In this document: one piece after another, positions 13,245-26,819 of the stretch
Layout of the letters: the number at the start of each line of letters is the position of its first letter
Numbering within the stretch: position 1 is the stretch's first letter
NCBI GenBank assembly: GCA_951406725.2
Contig: OX597815.1
Span: 132,432,001 to 132,496,000 of the forward strand
DNA: 64,000 bases
From: Octopus vulgaris
Taxonomy: Eukaryota
Direction of reading: 5' to 3'
Position numbers and translations under genes: made by a program
The notes under the pieces: model-generated
Databases searched by the model: none
Told to the model about the DNA's origin: nothing
What the model saw: only the letters and a program-made list of their open reading frames with translations

Positions 13245-13414
13245 CACACGACGGGCTTCTTTCGTTTGCCGCCAATGAAATCCACTCACAAGGTTTTGAT
13301 CGGTCCGAGGCTATAGTAGAAAACACTTGCCCAAAGTGCCACGCAGTGAAACTGAACCCGGTTGGTAAGCAAGCTACTTACTGCACAGACATTCTTGCGC
13401 CTGCTACTCCTGCT

Positions 13415-13468
<54 letters not shown>

Positions 13469-13552
13469 ATAAAAAAATTAATAAATAAACCATATGCATA
13501 CATACATACGTATATGTACATGCCTACATATATATGTTTATATACATGCATA

Positions 13553-14200
13553 TATGGGTACAGGGCACTAAAAAAACGTAGAACACAACGAGAAATGAAA
13601 ACATAAAAACAAAACATGGAAACGGACTTTTTCAAACAACGAAAAAATAGAGTACAAGACATACAACACAAGGAATATTCCCCTTCTTCAACTGCCCCTG
13701 CTTCGACTACTCCGTGTTTCGAAGGTAAGGGCAGGACACGACTTCGTTCAAACAGTCCTTCTCGCAATACAAATTAAATAAAATTTGGGATTTGTTGCGG
13801 AGAGGTAAAAATGGTGACAAGTACAGGACAGTAAAAACGAAACAAGACAGTAAAAGCAATACAAATAAAAAACAGTAAAAGACAGGACAAGGAGAATAAC
13901 ACAGTAAAAACAAACAATAAGGGCTTTTAAGTCTAGACGATGGAAAAATTCATTGAACACATTGAGAAAACGGCTTATGAGGACAGGAGAAGCCGTTGTA
14001 GACTTGTTGAAGGCAGTAGTCAGAAATAAAGTTAGTTACCCTCTGGTCAGGGACGAGAGGGAGGAGGAGGAGTAAGAGAGAGGGAACGGTGAAAGGGACG
14101 AATGTGGAAGGGTGGGAGAGAAAACCAGAAAGGATTAATAATAAGAGAGGGACAGAGACAGGCAAGGAGGAAGACAGACAGGTAGGGAGGAAAGGTCAAG
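13553..14200 (-). mobile_element. Unclassified repeat, probably a Penelope-like 3' region; related to 54298-54660
   Basis: Both begin TATATGGGTACAGG at a (TA)-rich tract and share the CCCTTC.TCA motif and a GCAA...TTTG..TTGCG hairpin. Confidence 0.5.
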
Positions 14201-14268
14201 TAAAGAGTTAAGTGTGTGCATCATAATTATTAAAATAGAACTTACTTGGAAGTGGATGTGTGGCGTCA

Positions 14269-14329
<61 letters not shown>

Positions 14330-14341
<12 letters not shown>

Positions 14342-14600
14342 CTGAGAATGTGTGTCTGTCTGTCTGTGTGAATCCCTAAAACTTGAGAACTACACAACCA
14401 ATTTCATTCAAATTTTACACATGCCTTACTTAGGGCCCATGTAGTGTCATGGGCAAAAACATTTCTAACTTCTTGCCTAGGGCGAGCCCACAGCAATATC
14501 ATATCTTCTCCACTATTTCAGTATTACGTGTTAAAAGTGAAACAAAAACATCTCTCTATTGTAATGTCAGATACTTTCACTTTAATACTGAAACTATTAA
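14330..14600 (+). mobile_element. Helitron-like non-autonomous 5' fragment
   Basis: Highly similar to the 5' part of the element at 25218-26778 (ACTGAGAATGTGTGTCT...CCCTAAAACTTGA..ACTAC). Confidence 0.7.
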
Positions 14601-15344
14601 AGTAAAACTATTATATAATAGGGATGAACCATTAACAGTGGACATCCATTTTGCTAGAAGAAGATCCGCTATGGTCTTATATGCTACACCACTGGTTTTC
14701 AATTCATATTAATCAAATTAGTATTCAATTTCTCACCCTTATTATTTTAAATTTAAATTTAAGCTCAGGACCATGTGTTTTGGAACGATGTTTCTTACCA
14801 CACAGCCACACCTGCACCTATGTATGTGTGTGTGTGTGTATGTGTGTATAGCTGTATATGTATACATTTATTTCTATGCATATAGATGTACATGTAATAT
14901 GTACACATACATATTCATATATATATATGCATACATATATACACCCATACACACATACACACACACACACATAGGTGCAGGTGTGGCTGTGTGGTAACAA
15001 ATTTCGTCCCAAAACACATGGTCCTGGGTTCAGTCCCACTGTGTGGTGACTTGGCATGTGTTTCTGCTATAGCCTCCGACCAACCAAAGCCTTGTCAGTG
15101 GATTTTGTAGACAGAAACTGAAAGAAATCAATCGTATATATATGTATGTATATATTTAAGTGTATGTGTGTTTCACCCTCATCACTACTTCACAACTGCT
15201 GTTCGTTTATTTACATCCCCATAACTTACTGGTTTCACAAGAAGAAACTAATAGAATAAGTACCAGGCTTATCAACATAAAAAAGCACTACGCTGTGTCT
15301 CATATTTTTGTTTGCCCACTCAGTTGTATCTCTCAATTTATCTT

Positions 15345-15475
<131 letters not shown>

Positions 15476-15504
15476 CATGTATGTATATGTGTACATTCAT
15501 ATTT

Positions 15505-17599
15505 ATTATATCAAAGACAATGTCTTTATGTGTTCGTGTATTACTTATACATTCGAAAACTGCTGCACCGATCGTAATGAAATTTGGAACACGAAATCGA
15601 AGCCTAGGGAGAAGGGTAATGCTGTGTGTTACATACAATTTCATGGACCAAAATTACTGAATGGATCCTTATGATATTTGAAATTTAGATTCAATGCATA
15701 AGGGTGGGTATAATGCAATATGTTTGGTTTGAATTTCAGATGGCTTAAAGGGGCAGAACCCCCTATGAAAATTCATTAATGTTGATGAAATTTCAACCAC
15801 GGGTAATTGACACAAATCAAGAACTATTCTCAAAGTTTCCACTTCACATGAGGATTCTAAGACACTCTAATGGGGGCCTTAACTCCCAAATTTTAGTAAT
15901 TTGTAGTGACGTCATATTCCAGTGTGCGCACACGCAACGTCATTCTTCAGTGTGCGTGTGCGGAACGTCTTTCTTCAGTGTGCGTGTGCGGGGTTGGAAC
16001 CTTCTGGAAAGGCATAAGGAAGTTTCCCCACGCACATGCGCTAGAGACTGAAGAATAAATTCTATAGCGTTCCTTAATAGCGTTCGGGGACTTGAGGCAC
16101 AGCGATCGAAGAGAAAGGACGTATTTTCATACGTGTGATCAACCTATTCTCCTGTCCCAGACGCTTGGGATTTAACCTATCTATTGCTGCTGAATTGTTG
16201 TAAGAATGGATACCAGTATACCATCGTGTTTCATTTTTGTATAAGAGAATAAAGAATTATATATTTCTAAACTTGCTTTTCGTTCCTGACTGGTAGTTTC
16301 TAGAAACAAAAAGAAAGGAAATTGTGTTGCACTAAAGTTGCACCCCAAAAGTGTAAAGAAGCAACCAGTTACCTTTACAAATTTCTTTTATGATCCAAAA
16401 CTAAGTCAAAAGTACTGAATGGATCTTTACGAAAGTTGGAAATTATATTCTATGCATAAGGGCCACAACCCCCATGATAATAGTTTTGCTGATGATGAAA
16501 TTTTAACCATAGATGTTAGATACAAATGAAGTAATATTTATAAAATTTCATCTTCTTAGAAGTTAGAAAGACCCTTTCATGGGGACTTAACACCCACAAT
16601 TTTGTCATTTTATCTAAGCAAAGACGAATAGCTGTGGGGTCATCCGAGAATAGAAGATGAGCATTATTTGTAATTCAATGGTACAACAGTGTAAGAGTTT
16701 GCTTTGACATACACTTAGATTGTGATTTCTGCAATGTGGTGCATAAATTGGCAAGTAAATGAGAGGCATCTTTGCCTCCACTGATTCAGTTGCAAAGTGT
16801 TGAGTAAAGTTATTTGATTGCAGATCTCCTTTCAGTCTTTTTATTATCACTGGGTCATACATAGTCCCCACATGGTAACATTGATTTCAAGGCCTTCCCA
16901 GATGAGTGACTGGTTATTCAAAGACCTTTATAGATTGTATATTTATTCTGTCCAGTAACGTATCAGTATAGTGGCCATTTGCAAACTCCAACTTTCATTT
17001 CTCCTTAGCCCTCACGTCACACAGTTGTTAATGTTGATTTCAGTTGGGTCACGCCCTTCCAATTGCAATAGATTCGTAAAGCATCTTACGGCTATGTCTG
17101 TCACCTGCATGGTGAGGAATACTACATTGGGAGTGGTAACGACTAGGGTACTGTATCTGACTGCTTGTGATCATTCGTCTTTTGGTTTCCTGTAGTTTTG
17201 TTCCCTTTTACAAACCCAGTGAAATTCAAACAATAGATATAAGACCCAAGTTAAAAAGATTCTCAACAATTCAACTTCTCTGGTTGACATTAAGATGCCC
17301 ACCCCCAATAGGGGCGTTAACTGTCACATATTAGAGCTCCATGACCTCCATTTTTCAGGAGCAAAATCCTTTTAACAGGTTCTATAAAACTGGAATTTTG
17401 GAATATGCGCATAAAAATCAGTAGTATGGGATACATGTAGCACGGTTACAATTTTGTTTAGGTGTGTAAAGAGAGAAATAACCCTCATCTGCAATTTTGA
17501 TGAAATTCAAAACATAGGTATTCCAGTTCATTACAGAAAATATAACAGAAAAGTCTAATTCTTCAATTGTATGTAATTCGGGCCGGGTAACTCTGCTAG
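15505..17599 (+). mobile_element. Helitron/Helentron-like non-autonomous element hosting a solo LTR
   Basis: 5' AAAACTGCTGCACCGATCGTAATGAAATTTGG motif, internal diverged repeats (15664 and 16422), 3' end CCGGGTAACTCTGCTAG followed by T. Confidence 0.55.
15902..16379 (+). mobile_element. Solo LTR (Gypsy-type, 4-bp TSD)
   Basis: TGTA...TACA termini, AATT duplicated at 15898-15901 and 16380-16383, internal AATAAA signals. Confidence 0.8.
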
Positions 17600-17708
17600 T
17601 ATGTATATGAAATTGAATAAGGGTAGAAATTGATATTAATCAATTAAAATCAGTGGTCTAGTATATTTTTAAAAATCCGAAGATTAAATTTTTTTTTTGG
17701 TTACATAC

Positions 17709-17984
17709 AAAATTTAGAGGATTGACCACTAAAAGTAGACAGCCTGTATACTAGAAATAGACGTCAAAATCGCCATCTTCCACGGAGAATGTGTTCTCAA
17801 GAAAAAATTTCAGCAAAAAACCAAAGCGTAAAAATAAGCGTAAAAATTTGTCTTGCTTATTTTTACGCTTTGGTCTTTTGTTGAAATTATTTCTTGAGAA
17901 CACATTCTCCGTGGAAGATGGCGATTTTGACGTCTATTTCTAGTATACAGGCTGTCCACTTTTAGTAGTCAATCCTCTAAATTT

Positions 17985-17985
<1 letters not shown>
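17709..17985. repeat. Inverted repeat, 131-bp arms (17709-17839 / 17855-17985), 15-bp spacer, abutting (TA)n
   Basis: Reverse-complement match with a few mismatches. Confidence 0.93.
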
Positions 17986-18016
<31 letters not shown>

Positions 18017-18256
18017 TATATACATATATAAGCGTAGGAATGGCTTTGTGATAAGTAGCTTGCTTCCCAACCACAAGTCTTCCACTATAGTTTCGGGTCA
18101 ACCAAAGCCTTGTGAATGGATTTGGTAGACGGAAATTGAAAGAAGCCCGTTGTGTATATGTATATATATATATATATATGTGTGTGTGTATGTGTGTGTG
18201 TTTGTGTGTTTCTTAAATGGCTTATAAACACCTTCCACGCTGCAATTGTTTATGTT

Positions 18257-18320
<64 letters not shown>

Positions 18321-18322
<2 letters not shown>

Positions 18323-18720
18323 AAAGATGGAACAAGAAAGCAACAGACGACAATAAAACTTCGGGACAGATAGACGACACAATGACGGACAAGAAGAACA
18401 AGAAAAAGACGGACAGGAAAAAACAACGATGTTTCATTTGCAGCCCTCTCTCTTCAGTCAATTTCCAGATCATCCTTACAGTTTCAGCCAGTTACACTTG
18501 AGACTGTCCAAATATGGCTAGCTCTAAAATGTCTAAGCTAAGAGCATTAAATTTTAGTAGAGAAGCAACCGAATGTCTTCGACAACAAAGAAATAAAACA
18601 AGCGGAGAAAATTCTACCCAATTGCAAATAACAAGAATATATAGATATATACAAACAATAAGAGAAGAAATTGAGCAACATGTAACAACAGCGTTATTTG
18701 TTACGATTAATGATACTGGA
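18321..18720 (-). mobile_element. (TA)n-inserted repeat, probably a Penelope-like 3' region; related fragment at 31752-31880(+)
   Basis: Shared GCYGAAA.TG..A.GAT.ATCTGG.A.TTGACTGA.GA motif. Confidence 0.5.
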
Positions 18721-19659
18721 TATTACTACCAGGTATATCTCTTTCGACTAACCCCGCTGGTTAACTGGTCATTTCCACCACTAACTGCTCCATTCATTTA
18801 CGTGAGGCAACTGTACGTACACGTGCCATCTTTTAAGTATGCAAAAATGTAAGATTAAAGACGTAATGGAACTTTTCCCTTTTTCTTTTTCTTTCCTTCC
18901 TTTTTTCCTTTTCCTCATGCCAACCTTCAGTCTCCTGTCAATATTCGTCTGGTAAAGTTCAAATTATTCTGATGTTGTCTGTTACATGGAACGAGATGAA
19001 CGCAATTTTACCAAAAAGAGAACAGAGTGAAAGAGCTATAAATGTTATCCTAACCAAATGATGAGATAACCCCCAGCCAAATCAAAACTAACACGACTCC
19101 TTGCGCATCCGATTGGGCCAAACGCTCACCCATCAATTTCAGCCATCATTTTTTTTCCATTTGACTATATTTATAAATTGTCGTTTCAAATCGGAGAATG
19201 TATTATGATATATCATTATACAATTAGTATTACTATGAGTTTTCCATAGTTTCTTTCTCTCCGTAACTTCCAAAACCTTTCGCGTTTGTTTACAAATATA
19301 TTATGTCGTATTAGACAGTTTAAGTATATATTCACTGAAATTGATGGGTGAGCGTTTGTCCCAATCGGATGCATAAGGAGCTATGGTAGCGTTGATTTCT
19401 GGGTTCGATTCGGGCTGGGGTTAGCTCATCATTTGTCAATCATTTGTTTGTATTTAAAAATTGTCGCTTCAAACCGGAGAATGAAATATTATTACGGTAT
19501 ATTATTATACAGTATATATATATTGCGGGCCAAAAATCATGCTTAAAATTTAGTTCGATGAGCTCAGTAATTGTCAATGACATGCTTCATTTTTTCAAAA
19601 ATTGACTAAAATAATGATAAATACAGACGTACTGGTACATGATGAACAAAATGAATCAT

Positions 19660-19663
19660 AATA

Positions 19664-19713
<50 letters not shown>

Positions 19714-19775
19714 GGTGGTGGTGGTGATGATGATGATGATGATGATGAGGAGGAGGAGGAGGAGGAGGAGGAGGA
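19660..19775 (+). repeat. Compound trinucleotide microsatellite (GAT)n(GGT)n(GAT)n(GAG)n
   Basis: Direct inspection. Confidence 0.95.
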
Positions 19776-20130
19776 ACAATTGAACAAGTCGCAAATCGCC
19801 CGGTAAGGAGGGTTTGCCCTATGAATTTTGTGTATTCATGCCATATTTGTTTGGTGACCTCTTTGCTGACGTCTACCGCAACTGGCAAAAGAACAGGGCA
19901 ATTTCTAGTGCTGTCAGCAGAGGTGACACTGCATAGAAAGAAAACCGGTCCTTACCTCAATTATGTTGAAAGAACAAAACCTTAGTTTGTACAAAATTGT
20001 AAAACTTTATTATCATGACTCTAATATACTCTAAAGTCCTGCAAAACAAATCTGTGTTTTTTCATATTATCTCTCTCTCTCTCTCTACTTACATCCACCA
20101 CGTGTGTTTTCCCACTAAAATATTTTCTAC

Positions 20131-20171
<41 letters not shown>

Positions 20172-21132
20172 GGAATAAATCTGGAAGTTATATGAGATTA
20201 TGTTAGAAGTCGAATGTATAAGGATATGAACAACAATGTACGATATCTGGAAAGGCACACATACACCCACACGTACCACGTGATATAAACTTGAAAATCT
20301 AGTCAGGCGGATTTAACATGGAAAGTAAACGGATATCCGCTTCCATTGAGAAACTAATAATTGACCATGTAAAGTTAATCAGTTATAAATACACTGAACT
20401 GAACAGTGTTAGTAATATGAGGTCAGCCATATTGCATATGTCAGATCAGTTAATGTTGGAGACGAAATTACATTGATCGGCAATATTATGTCAGCAACAT
20501 AAAGTAGATGCACATTTCAAAATAACTATTTTAGCAGGATTTCATTATTCACGATTTCGAGTTAGCAGATCATGGCAGATGAATAGTATACGTATCTTTC
20601 TTTGTCTCCGTTTCTCTCCTTCACTCTCTCTCCTTCTGTCTGTCTGTCTATCTCTCTCGCTCTCACTCTGTGCACACCGGTATTTATAGGCGTATTCGCG
20701 TGTATATATATATATATATACATTCCATCCAACCCACACCCCATCCCTTAGACCGCGCCCTTGCTTCCCCCACTCTCATCTACCCCACACTCCAACACCA
20801 CTACATCACACACCACTACACCACGATACCACACCACACAACCACCCCGCACACGCTAGCACTGACCATTTCCCAGCACCCATAAAAGCGCACACACTCG
20901 TACTGACCACTTCCCGGCACCTACACCAACATCCACGCACCTACACATGCACGCACGCACACGTCAATGTCATCAGCCCCCTTCCACACACACATACTTG
21001 CTCTCAAGTACTCACGCATGCGCACCTTCGTTTTCGGATCACCACTACTTTATTATCTCCACTTCTCTGTCCGGCATTCGCCATGATAGATCGCTAGCCA
21101 CTAAAACTTTTTCTATTTTCTCTCCCTGTTTA

Positions 21133-21166
21133 TTTCTGTGGAAGAGCGTACGCTCGAAATGTCAAA
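21133..21166 (+). ncRNA. Degenerate minimal hammerhead
   Basis: TTT-CTGTGGA-A-GAGC gtac GCTC-GAAAT-GT-C-AAA; core A6 and stem III mutated. Confidence 0.5.
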
Positions 21167-21268
21167 GACTTTCTCACTTCCCGGGCGTTAATTTAATACA
21201 TCTGCTTGTTGTTTACATACCCGTCTTCGTCTTTTGCTTTCTTGTCTTTTTCGAAAATCTCACTATAT

Positions 21269-21321
<53 letters not shown>

Positions 21322-22250
21322 CTCACAAACACACACACGTGTACATATATATATGTGTGCGTGTGTGTGTTTGTGCGTGTGTGTGTGTGTGTGCATGTGT
21401 ATTTATCACATAAATTGCAGAAATCAAAAGATTGCAATACATAACCGTTGGGAAATCTTAACACCAGAATATTCCGAAGACGTTTGAGTGCAAGAGTGTG
21501 GGTATGTGGGCGGGTGTTTGGTTGTGTGTATGTGTTTGTGTGTGTGTGTGTGCGCGCGTGCGTGTGCGTGCGTGTGTGTGCGTGTGTGTATGAGTGTGAT
21601 TGTGAATGTACGTGAGGGTGTGGAATGGTAGTTTGTTTGTTACATTATACAAAAAGCAATGTTTATATACACTAGCACAAACATACATGATTTAATATAT
21701 AAGGTGTGTTTATATATAGAAAATGTACTGTGATATTAATAGCGTGCTTTCTCATCGGAGTAGTGAATTCAGTTCAGTTCGATGGCCTTTAAGAGATATG
21801 GAGACAAATTGTATTCAATACCGAAACCTTGAGTGGATTTGTACCTGTAGAGACACGTCATGAAAAGTTTCCGTTTCTTTAATAAGAACGTATAAAATTT
21901 ATAATATCCATATCTGCTTTAATCGAGTTAATGCATATTGAAAGAAAATATAGGAGTGGCCATGTCCTCTCTTTATAATTCACAGTGTACGTTGTGCGTT
22001 ACAAACGAACGTGTTTAATTTTAAGACAGAAGAGTGTAATTCGGGGGTACACTTGTTATATATTACAAAGCGAGCGAGCGATCGTATAAACTATAGCTCC
22101 TTCCGTAATGTTTTGTGACATCTATAAAATTTACAATGTGCTAAGACACGCGCGTGGACAAACACACACAGATGCACGCACACACACACACATACACACA
22201 TATACATACATACATACATGCATGCATACATACATACATATATACATACA

Positions 22251-22315
<65 letters not shown>

Positions 22316-22494
22316 GACAAGCTTCTTGCAGTTTCCATCTACCAATTCCACTCACAAGGCTTTGATCAGCCCAAGGGTATAGTAGAGGACATATGCCCAA
22401 GGTGTCACGCAGTGGGACTAAACCTGGAACCATGTGGTTGGGAAGCAAGCTACTTACCACGCAGCCACTCATGTCTTTAATCTATATACTTAGA

Positions 22495-22559
<65 letters not shown>

Positions 22560-22563
<4 letters not shown>

Positions 22564-24430
22564 TTTTATCATTTTAACGGTTTCGGTCGCCGAACTGCAG
22601 CCATGTTGGAGCACAGGCTTAATTTTTAAATGCTTTTTTGAAAGTTTCAATAGACTTCCCTTTTATATCTTTAATCTCTTTGTGTAAGCAGTTGAATGCA
22701 TGAGGACCTCTGAATATTAGACTGGTACAGTAGAGTGTTTTCGCTCGTGAGTTTGAAGCTGGCAGTACCTACCAGTTCGAGGATTACAATTGGCTTTAAT
22801 ACCGATGTTTGGAACATGCCCCTCCAGGATCCTCCATACATATATAATAGTATATCTCTGTCTTCGGCTTTCAAGAGATTAGAGACGCAAAGCTTTCAGG
22901 TGTTCCCAGTAATTAAGGCCATTAACCGAAGTTATTTTACTGGTGAATGTTCTTTGTAACCTTTTAATTTCTTCTATGAGACCTGGTGAATTTGGAGACC
23001 AAATATGTGAACAGTAAGATAATCTGCTCAGAATTAAAGGTTTTCCATAGAGTTAGCATAACTACCGATTTTCTTGTCCTGAAGATTCGTGGGATCCATC
23101 CTATGAGATGTCTGCATTTAAAGGTCTGTTTGGTCATGCGACTGATGAAAGGTGCATCATTTGACATAACTATTCTTAAATCCTGCATATCGTCAGTGCT
23201 CTGGATCATTGTATTACTCTGCACCAAATATTGGAATTTGTGTTTATTCCCCCCATAATGAAGGGTCTGTTTAGGTGTATTAAATCTCATATTATTTTTA
23301 TCCGCCCATTGATAAATGATGTTTAGGCCATTTTGGGAGTGTGATGGCAACTTCTAGAGTTTGGATCGCCAATGATATGTTTGTGTCAACGCGTAAATCA
23401 TTAGGTTGGCCGATTGCACTTGTGAGCTTATGCCTGATATGGTTATTATAAATAATAATGGTCCTAGAGCCGTACCATGTGTTATACCACTTATAACGGA
23501 TGATTTGCTAAGAGATAACCGTTTGCAGCAACATATTGATTTATAAGCCTTAGGCAGTCAAAGAGCCATTCTCCAAGTTTTCCTAATATGCCAAGATTCC
23601 TTATCCTATGACAGATGATTCCATGATCAATTTTGTCAAACGCATTAGAAAAATGAAGGAATATGCAATCAGTGTCCTTTCCATTCTGGAGATTATTCAA
23701 GATAGTGTTATGGTGTTGTAATAGTTGTGTCAGGCAACCTCGCGCAGTCCGAAAACCATGCTGCGTATTGTCTAAGAAGTTGTTTTCCTCAAGATATGCA
23801 GTTATTCTTTTTCAGACAATGCGTTCTACAACTTTAGCTGCGTGACATATGAGAGGAACAGGTCTGTAATTTTTGCTTCAACTCTGCTACCTCCTTTATG
23901 GACAGGCATAACTGCTGCTTCTTTCTACAGTTCTTGGAATATGCTGGTTTCAAGCGACTTTTGAAGTAACAACATTAATGGATTGGCGAGGCTGTTTTGC
24001 AAGTTTTCAATAGTGTGGTTGGGAGACCATCAGGTTCTGATGCTGAATTTGAATCTAGAGCATTAGTAGTTGTAACTATGTCTTCTTGCAGTATATTTAA
24101 AATCTCTAGACGTGCCTGTGCAGTTGAATTCTGGGGATCAAAGAATTCCTTTGGATTATGCACTATTTTCTCAATCATAGGTTGAGCGAAATCACTGTTG
24201 CGCATATTTATGATGAATGGTTTGTATATGATCCATTTTGGTCCGTTAGTGGGACAATCCGGCTATGTGTTGACAATTTTTGTTTAGCAAAGTGGAAAAA
24301 GAACTTAGGATTAGCTTTTATATTTTTCACTGCTCGGCATTCTTTTAACGAAGTTTCCTGTTCATAAGACATTTTGAGGTGTAGTTCAATGTTCCTTATT
24401 TCCTTACTTTTTTTCGCAGTCTTCTCTATA
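22560..24430 (-). mobile_element. Degenerate CR1-like LINE (RT and C-terminus)
   Basis: Fragments FLHFSNAFDKIDHG, HGFR...CLTQLLQH, WADKNNMRFN, GWIPRIFRTR; 3' hairpin tail next to (TA)n. Confidence 0.85.
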
Positions 24431-24456
24431 GAGAGTTAGGTTCTTCGAATGTTTTG

Positions 24457-24503
<47 letters not shown>

Positions 24504-25217
24504 GAAACATATATGCATCCTATGTATATATATATATAGTGAGAGAGAGAGAAGCCATAAACACTCATAATATAAAGGAGTACTGGTGGAATGTCCCAGT
24601 GAAAACCTCAATAAACAGACATGGCATAATCATTTGAGATAGAGAGATCAGACCCCCGGCCTGGATACAGAGTGGTGCTGGTGGGAGGAGGGGGAGAAGA
24701 TATCTCATGTCAGCACCTGAACTAACTACAGAATAATGTAAATATGTTGTAAAGAATAAAAGCATGGAAATTCGTCCTAACAATGCTTTATTCTGTAGCG
24801 ATAAGTTTTTATCATGACAGGTTGACTGATAAACTTTCAGTTTGACTGTTTTAAAATAGACCTGTATTTTTCCATACTTGTTTTGGATTATATATCTTGT
24901 ATGGAAGAACGGGGGTGGAGGAATCTCCCCCTTTATATTTCTTTTTCTTTTTTTCAATTATTGTAGTTATATTTTTGGATGTAGATATTAAATGTAAGAG
25001 TGAAAGCGAAATACGATGTTCCCAGGTTTATATCAGAACACAGTTTTAGGATTTCTGCAGATTTTACTTTTCCGTTTATAAATTGGCCACTCTGCATAGT
25101 GAATCAGTATTCTTGACCTCAAGAATTTACAAGCAGCAAACGTAAGAATTGTTAACGGCGAATGAAAGAATTGTTAGCGGCAAACTGATAGGTTGTGTTT
25201 TCAATTTTATATTTTTA

Positions 25218-26303
25218 CTAGCATTATGACCCGGCGTTGCCGGGTCATAGTGCTAGTTTGGTATAAATTTGTTAAATTAAAAATTTGGGGTAATAAAACA
25301 TACAATGACATATTAAAAAGACGAATTAAAATTCCAGAGAAAAATACATAGAAGATAAATATACAAATTTACAAAAATACATAAAAGTTTCGGAGATGTA
25401 TCAATTAATATGAAGCATATTATATATTTAAAATTGACACTCCTCTCGTCAGGATGTTTTTTACACACAACACATAGTACACGGAAACAAATGCACAATT
25501 ACATACCTGCTACATGCGAAAGACCAGACATTACGTACTCCCCAAAATTCTCATAGATACTGAATGCTACTTTATAAGCATATAATTCAATCTAGCAGCT
25601 ACAGTAAATGGTATGAGCACATCTCTATCTGGACTAATTCACTCCTGCACTGAATTAAATTTTTCATCTTTTAATTTCTCCCATTCATGCAAAGCCACAT
25701 ATTCGAGTTCAAGTCCTTGATACATTTTATACAAATAGCTATTTATTCTTTTAATTGTTATATAACGATTTAATTACCATTTTAATAAAATAAAATATAT
25801 TTAATTACTACTTACTATATTTACTATATTTAATTCAATTGTTATTATTACCGCTAACTTTTATTACAATTTTTATTTCTAAATTTCTTATGGAACGTCG
25901 AGTGGATCTTATGCGTACAATATATTTTTATATGAAGTTTATATAAATCCTTAAATCCTTAAAAATGTTTTAGCCCGAAAGCCGCGGCCATGCTGGGGCA
26001 CCACCGCTGTTTTTTTTCTGATGCAACAAGAAAAACATATTCACCATAATATATATTTATATATTATTATATATTTCTAAACGTCGGGTTTTATGTCTGT
26101 TCTGTAGATATTAATTAATATATGAATATATGTGTGTATTTAATCTTTCTGTGGATTTTTTAGTGCTTTTGTAGTTGCTGCTCGCATTGCCTCCGCTCGG
26201 ATTAAAAAGTGTATACAGCTCATTTGAGCACTACTATTCCACTCTGTTATATATTTTGAGCGTTGTTGTCACTAACGATCTCAAGATATAACTTTATATT
26301 TTG

Positions 26304-26380
<77 letters not shown>

Positions 26381-26778
26381 CATATACATACAATAGAAAG
26401 ATGTTATTGTTTCACTTTTAACATGTAATACTGAAATAGTGGAGAAGATATGATACTGCCGTGGGCTCGCTCTAGGCAAGATTTTAAACATTTTTTGCCC
26501 ATGATACTACATGGACCCTAAGTAAGGCATGTGTAAAATTTGAATGAAACTTGTTCTGTAGTTCTCACGTTTTAGGGAATCAGAGTGGAGAAGATATGAT
26601 ATTACTGTGGGCTCGCCCTAGGCAAAAAGTTTTTAAAAAAAATTGCCGATGACACTCCCTGGACCCTATGTAAGGCACGTGTGAAATTTTAATGAAATTG
26701 ATTGCGTAGTTATCAAGTTTTAGGGAAACACACAGACAGACAGATAGACACACATTCTCAGTTTTATATATATAGAGA
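25218..26778 (-). mobile_element. Non-autonomous Helitron-like element
   Basis: Minus strand A^TC at 26778 to CTAG^T at 25218, terminal GC-rich hairpin (25217-25257), no TSD, internal tandem duplication of about 140 bp (26441-26720). Confidence 0.75.
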
Positions 26779-26819
26779 TTAATCATTCAATTTATTTTCC
26801 TGCTTCCCACTACATTATA

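Noticed and set aside
16614-17240. Possible Helitron Rep/helicase or captured gene fragment
   Set aside because: No motif could be identified with confidence in any frame
19595-19945. Poly-His/Pro ORF and a good-looking minus-strand splice acceptor
   Set aside because: ORF derives from trinucleotide repeats; adjacent sequence has no recognisable domain
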